Of a stretch of DNA of 64,000 nt, positions 9,898 through 18,058 are shown in pieces. The notes beneath the pieces are model-generated. The model was not told where the DNA came from. It worked only from the letters and a program-made list of their open reading frames with translations, and made no database searches. The position numbers and the translations under genes were made by a program. Within the stretch, counting starts at the first letter, position 1, and each line of letters starts with the position of its first letter. Source of the DNA: a virus; IMG/VR virus record IMGVR_UViG_3300022074_000024, positions 7,803 through 71,802 of that record; one strand, written 5' to 3'.

Positions 9898-10052
9898 TCT
9901 TCTATAATTAGATTAAACCAATCTTCACTCATACCTTTGATTATATCATCGGCTGATTCTTGATCTGGTGCATAACCCTCACGGATTAAATGTTCGGAAA
10001 CTTTTTTATAATTTTGATGAGCTTCCTGTGTCTGTTTTGGACTTGGTTTCAT
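9894..10052 (-). CDS. Small putative virion/internal protein (52 aa)
   Basis: Hand-translated MKPSPKQTQEAHQNYKKVSEHLIREGYAPDQESADDIIKGMSEDWFNLIIEE; GTGA overlap with next gene; CTAAATA late box at about 10073-10079. Confidence 0.7.
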   Translation of the reverse strand: MKPSPKQTQEAHQNYKKVSEHLIREGYAPDQESADDIIKGMSEDWFNLIIEE

Positions 10053-10081
10053 GGCAATTATAGCTTTATCTGTATTTAGAC

Positions 10082-10107
10082 AAAAAAAGAGGAGTTGAAC
10101 TCCTCTT
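10082..10107 (-). terminator. Rho-independent terminator after the 465-aa orphan
   Basis: AAGAGGAG-TTCAA-CTCCTC followed by T7. Confidence 0.85.
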
Positions 10108-10123
10108 AATTAATTTACTTTGA

Positions 10124-11521
10124 CTATTGGTAAATTTTACCTTTAAGTGCTGCTTTAATTTTTTTACCAGAGAGAAGATCTAATCTTGAATGTTCATCGA
10201 TTGCAGCATAAGATGGTGCTATGTTGTCTGATGCCCAATCAAATGCATCGATGGCACTGAAACGTTTAGTAAAATTAAATGTAGATGAGTAAAGATATAG
10301 AGTACGTAGATAGTTTAAAGATTGATACTTTGCATCAGTTCTATCCTTACCACCTAATATATCTTTTCCACCGTGACCGTAAATACGTTGATCTTGAGCA
10401 TCTCTAATATCATCATCATCTACAGAAAACAGTTCCCACAAAATATAATCATCCATTGTAAACTGTAATTGTGTCCAACTACTCTTAGTTGAAGTAACGT
10501 ACTGTACAAAGGATTTGATACTTGTATCAATTTTAGAAGAACCCTTTGGTGGTTTTGTAGTAAAAAATCTTGTATTCCAATAATCCTGTAAAGGAGTATC
10601 AGCAATTATGTTGATTTTTTCTTCTACTGTTGTAAGAAATTTTTCAGTATCTTCAGAACTAACTTGACCAGAAAACTCTAATGAAGTTAAATCTAAACAA
10701 AATGCCTTGAATATTGCTTGTCTACTTTTACCCCATTTAACTATGGAAGCAGTTTCCTCTCTAACTTCCTGTAAAATAGGTAATAGTGGAGAAATAATTT
10801 TGTTTAAGGATGATACAGGTTTAGGAATGGTTTGACCTACAACTAAATTTAAAGGACTATCCATGTCATTAGTCGTCCACTGAACTAAATCAGTCTCTCC
10901 AGTTTCATAATTCATTAAGTTATTACCTACTAAAACTGAACCGTAGTTATCATCTTTAGATTTTGCACTCATAGTGTTGTCTAATACTTCATAGAATTTA
11001 TCTATTTCAGCATAACTAGAAACTGCAATTACATCAAAATCCAATGTGTCGTTTATTTTTGCAAGAAAATCTTCCTTAACATAACTTTTAGGAAGATCTA
11101 CCATATCATTAGCAATTTGTGTTTGTGCGACTAATCCAGTGTTTCCATCTACTTGATAGATATGATTAGTTAATATCATATTACCAAAAGGATCTTGTAT
11201 ATCTTTTAGAGGAACTACCAATACATTGGTAAAATTTGCAATAATTAAATCAAATCCCCAACAACGACCTGTATCTGGATTAATTTTGAAATAGAAAGGT
11301 TTGATTACGTCAGTTACTGCTCTTTTTGCAGAAGGTCTTTGACAAAAAGCAGCATCAATAGCTTTAGCCCAATTATTTGCCTTGCTCTTAGTTAATGCTT
11401 CTCCAAATATCTTTAATGATATTCTGAATGATTTTTCACCTTGTGATACACGTTCTAGAAGATCTTGCTTCCATATTGGTGTAGTATCAATATTGAAAAG
11501 TGAATTAAAAGTATTTTTCAT
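10124..11521 (-). CDS. Orphan 465-aa protein, possibly with a ParB/Srx (DGQHR)-like N-terminal domain
   Basis: Long ORF with its own promoter and terminator; CQR and YQVDGNT motifs (fold call is tentative). Confidence 0.6.
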   Translation of the reverse strand: MKNTFNSLFNIDTTPIWKQDLLERVSQGEKSFRISLKIFGEALTKSKANNWAKAIDAAFCQRPSAKRAVTDVIKPFYFKINPDTGRCWGFDLIIANFTNVLVVPLKDIQDPFGNMILTNHIYQVDGNTGLVAQTQIANDMVDLPKSYVKEDFLAKINDTLDFDVIAVSSYAEIDKFYEVLDNTMSAKSKDDNYGSVLVGNNLMNYETGETDLVQWTTNDMDSPLNLVVGQTIPKPVSSLNKIISPLLPILQEVREETASIVKWGKSRQAIFKAFCLDLTSLEFSGQVSSEDTEKFLTTVEEKINIIADTPLQDYWNTRFFTTKPPKGSSKIDTSIKSFVQYVTSTKSSWTQLQFTMDDYILWELFSVDDDDIRDAQDQRIYGHGGKDILGGKDRTDAKYQSLNYLRTLYLYSSTFNFTKRFSAIDAFDWASDNIAPSYAAIDEHSRLDLLSGKKIKAALKGKIYQ

Positions 11522-11553
11522 GATAAAATCCGTATAATGTTTTGGATAAGATT

Positions 11554-11582
11554 ATTGTAGCAGATAGTTATAAATGTGTCAA
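11554..11582 (-). promoter_or_regulatory. Sigma70-type promoter of the orphan gene
   Basis: TTGACA-N17-TACAAT with TGn extension. Confidence 0.8.
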
Positions 11583-11597
11583 GCTTTTAATTAAAAC

Positions 11598-11625
11598 AAA
11601 AAAAAAGACTCCCGAAGGAGTCTTT
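11598..11625 (-). terminator. gp23 terminator with C(UUCG)G tetraloop
   Basis: GACTCC-TTCG-GGAGTC followed by T9. Confidence 0.9.
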
Positions 11626-11646
11626 GAAGAATATGTAATGTCTGAA

Positions 11647-13056
11647 TTACATTAAGTTTGCAACTTTTACTCTTCTGTAGTATACGTTGCTGTTACGTGT
11701 AAGTACACCAGGAGTGGTGAGTGTTGCACCTTTAGCAAATGGGTTTGCAACTATTCCGTAACGAGTCTTGAATCCAATCTTTGGTTGGAAACTGTCTGCT
11801 CCGACACTTCTTACCATCTGTAATGGAACATATGGGCAGTAGAATATACCTGCGTCATAAGGTGAAGTACCTTTATAACCTGCAACGTAGTACTGTGAAG
11901 CAGCAACGTTTGCAGCATATGGGTCAATGTAGACTCTGAACTTACCTGCAAGAACACCAGCAAATGTATTACCTGTGTCATCTACATTTAAGTTTGCATT
12001 AAGTGCAGGAGTGTAATCAAGTACACCAGCCATTGTTAATGCTGAAGCAACGTCTGCGGAACATAGGATCATGTTACCCTTTCCACGACGAGTTCTTTGT
12101 GCGATTGCGTTCGCATCTCTTTCGATTTGGAAGATCAAACCTTTGAACTTCTCAACAGACCATCTTCCGTTAGAGTCAACGTCTAAGTCGAAAGTACCAC
12201 TTGTTGCTGTATTAACAGCAGCACCTGGTTCTGCTACGTTATAGATTGTTCTAATAACTTCTCTGTTGATTTCAGCAAGAATCTCAGTTGATAGAATGTT
12301 TGCTAACTCTGCCTCTGCATTCAATCCGTGGATTGCTTTAAGGTCTTGAGCTAGTTCTAAACTGTACTCTGCTTTTAGTGCTCTGGACTTCGCAGTCACA
12401 GTGACTTTCTCGATTGAGAATGCCATCTGATGGAATGCTGCAGCACCTGTGCCATCAAGTTTTTCTGACTCAGATGTGGACATACCCTGACCTACAGTGT
12501 AGATATCAGATTGTGCACTTGTGTCAGTTGCTGATGGATCAAGTAGACCTGGATTTGAACCTGCCTGTGCAGTTGTACCCAAACCAACTTGTGCATTTGT
12601 CATGCCAGCTGTGTTTGTTCTGCCTTCGTTCTGACCAGAGAATGCAGAATCTACCTCGTTGTAGAATGTCTCATCTCCAGATGGACCTTCAAGACGAGAT
12701 CTCATTGCGAATATAAGTCCTGTTGGACCATTCATTGGTTGTACGCCTGCAAGGTCGTATGCCACTAAGTTAGGCATTGCACGACGAATTAGGCTAATAA
12801 GTACAGGATCGAAACCTGCTACGGGTGAAGCACCTGAACCACTAAAACCAGGATTACCTGTTCCAGATGGGTCTGTGTTCATTGTGGGTTGTTCTGTTAA
12901 GAATTCCCTTTCTTCCCTTAATGCTTTTTCTTGGTTTTCCAAGAGAACTGCTGTAACCATCTTACGATGAGGATCAGTAATTTTATCCTGTCCCTCTGCG
13001 TTTAGTAGTGGTCCCCATTTCTCTTGTAAAGCCTCAGTGTTTATAGGGGCTTGCAT
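11647..13056 (-). CDS. gp23: Major capsid protein
   Basis: DPVLISLIRR, GVQPMNGPTG, AKSRALKAEYS, YCPYVPL, PKIGFKTRYG. Confidence 0.99.
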   Translation of the reverse strand: MQAPINTEALQEKWGPLLNAEGQDKITDPHRKMVTAVLLENQEKALREEREFLTEQPTMNTDPSGTGNPGFSGSGASPVAGFDPVLISLIRRAMPNLVAYDLAGVQPMNGPTGLIFAMRSRLEGPSGDETFYNEVDSAFSGQNEGRTNTAGMTNAQVGLGTTAQAGSNPGLLDPSATDTSAQSDIYTVGQGMSTSESEKLDGTGAAAFHQMAFSIEKVTVTAKSRALKAEYSLELAQDLKAIHGLNAEAELANILSTEILAEINREVIRTIYNVAEPGAAVNTATSGTFDLDVDSNGRWSVEKFKGLIFQIERDANAIAQRTRRGKGNMILCSADVASALTMAGVLDYTPALNANLNVDDTGNTFAGVLAGKFRVYIDPYAANVAASQYYVAGYKGTSPYDAGIFYCPYVPLQMVRSVGADSFQPKIGFKTRYGIVANPFAKGATLTTPGVLTRNSNVYYRRVKVANLM

Positions 13057-13104
13057 TTGAAATTTACCTTTTTAAAAGTTTAGTTTGAATTTATGATATA
13101 AAAA

Positions 13105-14247
13105 TCATTTTTTAGAAACTCTAGTTAGAGTCTTAAGATATGCTTCCATAGATGGAGTAACACTAGAAGTGTAATCTGTGGAACCTGTCTCTTCTGTTAG
13201 ATTCTCTGTTGTGTTTCTTTGAGCTTTCTGTGTTGGGAAATAAGATTCCTTCAACGTATTAAGCTTCTCACGGTATGCTGTTTCACTTTCAAACTCAACA
13301 TTGTCTACTAAACCAGCCAACTTGTCCTTTTGTGTTTGGGCAAGTCCATCAGTTACTTCTGCAAATACTACATCGGATACCGATTCGGCTAATCTCTTAT
13401 TCAGAGCAACATTCTTTTCGATTTGCTCGTTGAGTTTACCTTCCATTTCATCAAGTTTATCTACCATGCTCTCGATGACATCGTATTTTTCTTCAGGGAT
13501 TGTTACATAATGTTCTTCAAATAGACTCTTCATTCCAGATATGAATGATTCAGTCATTTCTTCTTTAAGACCAGACTCGACTGCAAGTTGATTTTCTGCA
13601 ACCCACTCGTCAGCAACATACTCAAGGTATGAGTCAACACGGTCTTTTAATTCTTCTTTAATTGAAGCAACTTCTTCTACGAGTTTTTCTTCGTATGAAG
13701 CAATTAACTCCTCTTTAATTCCAGATACTTTGGAATTAATTGCAGCTTCAAAAATAGTTGCTGCTTTTTCTCTAAAGGATTCAGATAGTTCTTCACCTTC
13801 GATTAAAGCATTGATGTCGTCTTCGACAGAATACTCAATCTTTTCTTCTTCCTCTACTACTTCATCAGTAGTTGTTTCTTCTTCAGAAACTACTTCATCC
13901 GTTGTTGCTTCTTCTTCAGAAACTACTTCGTCAGTAACCTTCTCGTCTTCGGCAACTACGTCACCTTCAACTTCTTCCTCTTCCTTCATACCTGCTGGCA
14001 TTGGATCGGCGGGTTTTGCACCTTTGTTGACAATATCCTTAACTTGCTTAAGTGTTGTGCCAGGTGTTTTTAGTTTAGCAGAATCGTCATCAGACTTATA
14101 ATTCTGTGGAGTTGGGCCACCTAAATCTTCAACAGTACCAGTTTGACCAGGAGTTGTTCCTGTTAGACCTGGCATTGCATCAGCTTTAGCAGCACCCTTA
14201 GTTACTACGTTTTCCATTTCTTGTAAATTGTTGCTACCAACGGACAT
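13105..14247 (-). CDS. gp22: Prohead core scaffold protein
   Basis: Acidic coiled coil, KAATIFEAA, YLEYVADEW; upstream of gp23. Confidence 0.95.
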   Translation of the reverse strand: MSVGSNNLQEMENVVTKGAAKADAMPGLTGTTPGQTGTVEDLGGPTPQNYKSDDDSAKLKTPGTTLKQVKDIVNKGAKPADPMPAGMKEEEEVEGDVVAEDEKVTDEVVSEEEATTDEVVSEEETTTDEVVEEEEKIEYSVEDDINALIEGEELSESFREKAATIFEAAINSKVSGIKEELIASYEEKLVEEVASIKEELKDRVDSYLEYVADEWVAENQLAVESGLKEEMTESFISGMKSLFEEHYVTIPEEKYDVIESMVDKLDEMEGKLNEQIEKNVALNKRLAESVSDVVFAEVTDGLAQTQKDKLAGLVDNVEFESETAYREKLNTLKESYFPTQKAQRNTTENLTEETGSTDYTSSVTPSMEAYLKTLTRVSKK

Positions 14248-14273
14248 GTGATTAAAATTTAATAATCTGTATT

Positions 14274-14281
14274 TATTTATA
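14274..14281 (-). promoter_or_regulatory. Late promoter TATAAATA
   Basis: Exact consensus upstream of gp22. Confidence 0.75.
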
Positions 14282-14285
14282 GAAC

Positions 14286-14936
14286 TTAGAGATTAGAGAG
14301 AAAATCATTGAATAGATTCAACTTATGTTCTTCTAATTTTCTTTGGTCTACAAGAGTATTGATTCTCTTTTGTGTTTTTTGTGCGAGTTGTTCACGAAGA
14401 ATTCCTCCTTCCCAAATCCACTCTTTTCCTTCCATAATTCCAGATACAAATGCGTCTGGTGCAGAAGGATCGGCAACGATATCAGCAGCAGTTGCTAACA
14501 TAAAATCTTCACCTACAACTTTGCATCCATGAAGGTCTTCTTTGAGTGAACCAACACCACGAGAAGATACCCCAAGTGTTACACCTTCACCGATAAGATT
14601 TTGTGCAATCTTACCCATAGGTGTGGAAAGTAATTGTGCCTTTCCGATAAAATTATTTCCCTCTTGTCGAAGAGAAGTAATCTTATGTGATACACGATCA
14701 AGATTTACAGTAGGACCATCAGGATGTCCGAGTTCTCCTAATGCTCTACCTTTACTAACAAAACTTTCGTTGTATCTACCAACTTCTTTTGCAAGAGTTT
14801 GAAGTGGATACATTCTTCCATTACGATTCTTAATTTCACCTTGAAGGAATACACCTTCAATATACATTTTCTTTTTAGCGCCTTTTCCTTCGACGATAAA
14901 TTTAACTCTTGAAACTTCCTCTGTAATTAGTTTCAT
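14286..14936 (-). CDS. gp21: Prohead protease
   Basis: MKLITE, NRNGRMY, GELGHP, GVSSRG, DIVADPSAPDA. Confidence 0.97.
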   Translation of the reverse strand: MKLITEEVSRVKFIVEGKGAKKKMYIEGVFLQGEIKNRNGRMYPLQTLAKEVGRYNESFVSKGRALGELGHPDGPTVNLDRVSHKITSLRQEGNNFIGKAQLLSTPMGKIAQNLIGEGVTLGVSSRGVGSLKEDLHGCKVVGEDFMLATAADIVADPSAPDAFVSGIMEGKEWIWEGGILREQLAQKTQKRINTLVDQRKLEEHKLNLFNDFLSNL

Positions 14937-15472
14937 TAGAAATCTCCTACGATTTGAACTTCTGAAATATGTGTTTTACCACTTCCACGAACTGCAACTT
15001 TTACAACTCGTCTAATTTCACCTACTGCATCAGTAGCAGATAAATTAGCATCACCATAACCTAAAGTTACAGTTCCTGATTGAACTCCGTTTATTGGATC
15101 TGGTCCTGTAACTGCTGTAACTGATGCACTTGTAGTATTAATACCAGAAGGTGCACATCCTGTTACTTGAACAGTGTCACCAACAACAAATGGAGCTTCT
15201 GTTCCAGAAGGAAATCCAAATTTAATTGCTGCAGATGCATTTGTTACTGATGCTGTTTGTATTGAAGCAACACTTTCTTTAAAAACTGTTGGAGTATCAA
15301 CAGGAACAAATAAACTACTGTCATCAGTAGCTGTTGGATTGGTTCCAACTTCAACAAAAGCATCACCACCAGCTGGTGTTATTCTAAGATAACCCGATTT
15401 TAATGGTATTGATGCACTTGTTGCGTTATCAGTAACAGATGCAATTTTTTGTACGACCTTAAAAGCTGCCAT
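14936..15472 (-). CDS. Putative virion structural protein
   Basis: Ala/Thr/Val-rich ORF in the head module; CATAAATA upstream. Confidence 0.65.
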   Translation of the reverse strand: MAAFKVVQKIASVTDNATSASIPLKSGYLRITPAGGDAFVEVGTNPTATDDSSLFVPVDTPTVFKESVASIQTASVTNASAAIKFGFPSGTEAPFVVGDTVQVTGCAPSGINTTSASVTAVTGPDPINGVQSGTVTLGYGDANLSATDAVGEIRRVVKVAVRGSGKTHISEVQIVGDF

Positions 15473-15499
15473 TTTTATAATCAACCGTGATAGTGTTAT

Positions 15500-15703
15500 T
15501 TATGATTCTTCTTCAGTAGAATCTACTGGTTCATCAGAAACTTCTTCTGCATCTGCAATTGTAGGATCAAACATTTGCATAGCGATACTAGGTTTCTGAG
15601 ATTGTATCCTCTCAGCAGCCTTACTATACAGTGTGTCTTTGATCGAATCTGATATTTCAGCTGCTGATTTATCAGTTGCAATCATGTCAAGTAATTCATC
15701 CAT
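15500..15703 (-). CDS. Small acidic prohead core protein (gp67/68 position)
   Basis: ORF between gp20 and gp21; TATAAATA at 15732-15739. Confidence 0.7.
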   Translation of the reverse strand: MDELLDMIATDKSAAEISDSIKDTLYSKAAERIQSQKPSIAMQMFDPTIADAEEVSDEPVDSTEEES

Positions 15704-15734
15704 ATTTAATATTATGTTAAGATATCTTGATTAT

Positions 15735-17411
15735 TTATATCTCTGCCGACTTAACATCTTTTTGGAACTGAGCATCTGCTACTGCACCATCAGATTCTAA
15801 GTCAGGTTCGACAGGTACATTTCCTAAATCTCCACCACCTTCAAGTGGTTGTCCAGTGATTGGATCTATTGCACTTGGATCAGGAATTACACCATCTTTA
15901 ATTTCTTTTTTAATTATTTCATCTTGCTCTTCAATTTCCTGATCAGTTTGACGAAGAACTTTTGTTCTTACATAATGATTAGAAAAATACTTACCAATAT
16001 AAGGTTCAATTGTTGCTAATGTTCCAAGTCTTTCATTCATTAATTCAGACTCTTTTAATTCTGCAAATTGATTATCATATAAGAAATCATATTGAATATG
16101 ATCACTTAAAGAATCCCAGTCTTCTGGTGTAATTATATTTTTTAAAATTAATTGTGTTTTTAGTAGATTGCTGAATAGATTTCCAAATCTTTTTCTCAAT
16201 CTTCCTACAAATTTTGCAAACTTTAATTCATCTCTTAATATCTCTGATGATCTTCCTAAATTAAATCCACCATCACTTGCAATTCTTGATTCTGGAACAC
16301 CTAATGCACGATATAATTTTTTCTGAAAATATTCAATATCTGTAAGTTCACCTAAGTTTTGTCCACCAGGTAATGTTGTAATTTCAGTTCCTCTTCCACC
16401 TTCTCTTCTTGGCAACCAGAAATCTTCCATCATAGACATGAACTTACGATCATCTCTTACCTCACCAGTATTAGCATCATAAACAAGTTTATTTCTATAA
16501 CGAGACATCACTTCTTTAAGGTATTGTTCTGCCTTTACCTTTGGAAGATTACCAACATCAATATAGAATATTCTTCTTTCTGGTGCTCTTGATAATCTGT
16601 AGATAACAAGACTATCTTCAATCATTCTTAACTGATTTAAAGCTTTAATTGCTTTATGTAAGTATGATAAACAAGTTCCTTTATTACGATCAAATAATCC
16701 AGATGTCACATGACATACTGAATCTTTTGCAATTTTAATTTGTCCTTTGCCACCTGCACCTGCAGCAGTTGAATACATTGTTGTAGGATAGTTTGGTTTT
16801 GGTGAGTAAATATAATACTCGTCTATCTCAGGATATTCTGCTTTCTTAGTCCCATTTCCTGCAAGTGGATCTAACGGTAATTTACCTTTATTATTTGTAC
16901 CCTTTTCTTGACGGACAAATTTCATCTTCATTGGATCAACATATCTGATCTCTTGAATACCATCTTGTGGTCTTTTGGTATCAATAACTTTTATATAATA
17001 TAATCTTCCATCTACATACCAATTCTTAAAAATTTCGTGAGACTTTTTATCAAAGTCCATCATTTCTTTAATATGTTTAAACTCTTCTCTAATTTTATCT
17101 TTTAATTTATCAGTTGCATTTACGTTTGATAACTCTATTTCTACAGGAGAATCATATAAATCACTAACTATACCTTCATTTACAACGTCTTCAATCGCAC
17201 CATCACACTCTGGATGTAATGCCATCTCACGATATCTTTTAATTAAATCATATTCTGTACGATAAACACCTTCGATATCTACATACTGCCCATAAAAACC
17301 AGATTGCACAAAATAGTCAACCCCGTCCTCGTTACTACGAGGAACGGGTGATACTACTGAATCGGGTGTATTATCCGAGTCATCAATTGAGAATCCAAAG
17401 AGTTTTGCCAT
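15735..17411 (-). CDS. gp20: Portal protein
   Basis: RAPERRIFYIDVGNLP, EDFWLPRREGGRGTEI. Confidence 0.99.
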   Translation of the reverse strand: MAKLFGFSIDDSDNTPDSVVSPVPRSNEDGVDYFVQSGFYGQYVDIEGVYRTEYDLIKRYREMALHPECDGAIEDVVNEGIVSDLYDSPVEIELSNVNATDKLKDKIREEFKHIKEMMDFDKKSHEIFKNWYVDGRLYYIKVIDTKRPQDGIQEIRYVDPMKMKFVRQEKGTNNKGKLPLDPLAGNGTKKAEYPEIDEYYIYSPKPNYPTTMYSTAAGAGGKGQIKIAKDSVCHVTSGLFDRNKGTCLSYLHKAIKALNQLRMIEDSLVIYRLSRAPERRIFYIDVGNLPKVKAEQYLKEVMSRYRNKLVYDANTGEVRDDRKFMSMMEDFWLPRREGGRGTEITTLPGGQNLGELTDIEYFQKKLYRALGVPESRIASDGGFNLGRSSEILRDELKFAKFVGRLRKRFGNLFSNLLKTQLILKNIITPEDWDSLSDHIQYDFLYDNQFAELKESELMNERLGTLATIEPYIGKYFSNHYVRTKVLRQTDQEIEEQDEIIKKEIKDGVIPDPSAIDPITGQPLEGGGDLGNVPVEPDLESDGAVADAQFQKDVKSAEI

Positions 17412-17453
17412 TGTATAACTATTTTTCTTTTATTATAGCACTATTTATCAGTT

Positions 17454-18041
17454 TTAACTAATGCTTTCTCCTCCAGCATTTTCACCGACACCTTTGATTG
17501 ATTCAAAGTATAGTACTTGTAATTCTACCGTAAACTCCTCTATTGTGTCAACTGTTTCGTAAGATAAGTCAACTTGACTGATGTTTGTTGGGAAAACATC
17601 ATAGAATCTGTAACTTCTTAATGTAGATCCGTCACGATCAAGTTGATGAACATAAGCATCTTCCTGATAATCTGCTGGATTATTAGCACCAGTAGCATCA
17701 GATAATCTGTTAATTGAGTTCATCCACTTCTCAAAAGCAGAACGAATTGAAAAATCAGTATCGTTAATAACTGTGATAGTCCATGTATCAAATGTTCTAT
17801 CTCCTGCTATTTTTAAGATTCTTCCTCTAAAGTTAACATCAATTGGAGTGATGTTAGAAGCAGGTAAGGCAGCTGCCTTAACTAAGAATCTTGCTTTATC
17901 CTTCACATCGTTGTCGATTGCGATTTCCTCTGGGAAAGCAAGTTCGACTTCAAATAGATTCGGTCTTGCACCACCACCAACTAACTTACTCTTAAAGTCA
18001 GTGATTCTTCTTAAAGGTGGTCTATTGAATTGGGTTGCCAT
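17454..18041 (-). CDS. gp19: Tail tube protein
   Basis: GARPNLFEV, AGDRTFDTWTITV, FPTNIS. Confidence 0.96.
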   Translation of the reverse strand: MATQFNRPPLRRITDFKSKLVGGGARPNLFEVELAFPEEIAIDNDVKDKARFLVKAAALPASNITPIDVNFRGRILKIAGDRTFDTWTITVINDTDFSIRSAFEKWMNSINRLSDATGANNPADYQEDAYVHQLDRDGSTLRSYRFYDVFPTNISQVDLSYETVDTIEEFTVELQVLYFESIKGVGENAGGESIS

Positions 18042-18058
18042 TTTCTTTAATTACCTCG

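Noticed and set aside
9791-12888. gp23 duplication as a diversity-generating retroelement TR/VR pair
   Set aside because: Mismatches are not confined to adenines on either strand and no reverse transcriptase is visible in the window
13850-13950. Tandem repeat in gp22 (TDEVVSEEE three times)
   Set aside because: Ordinary acidic low-complexity scaffold sequence with probable protease sites
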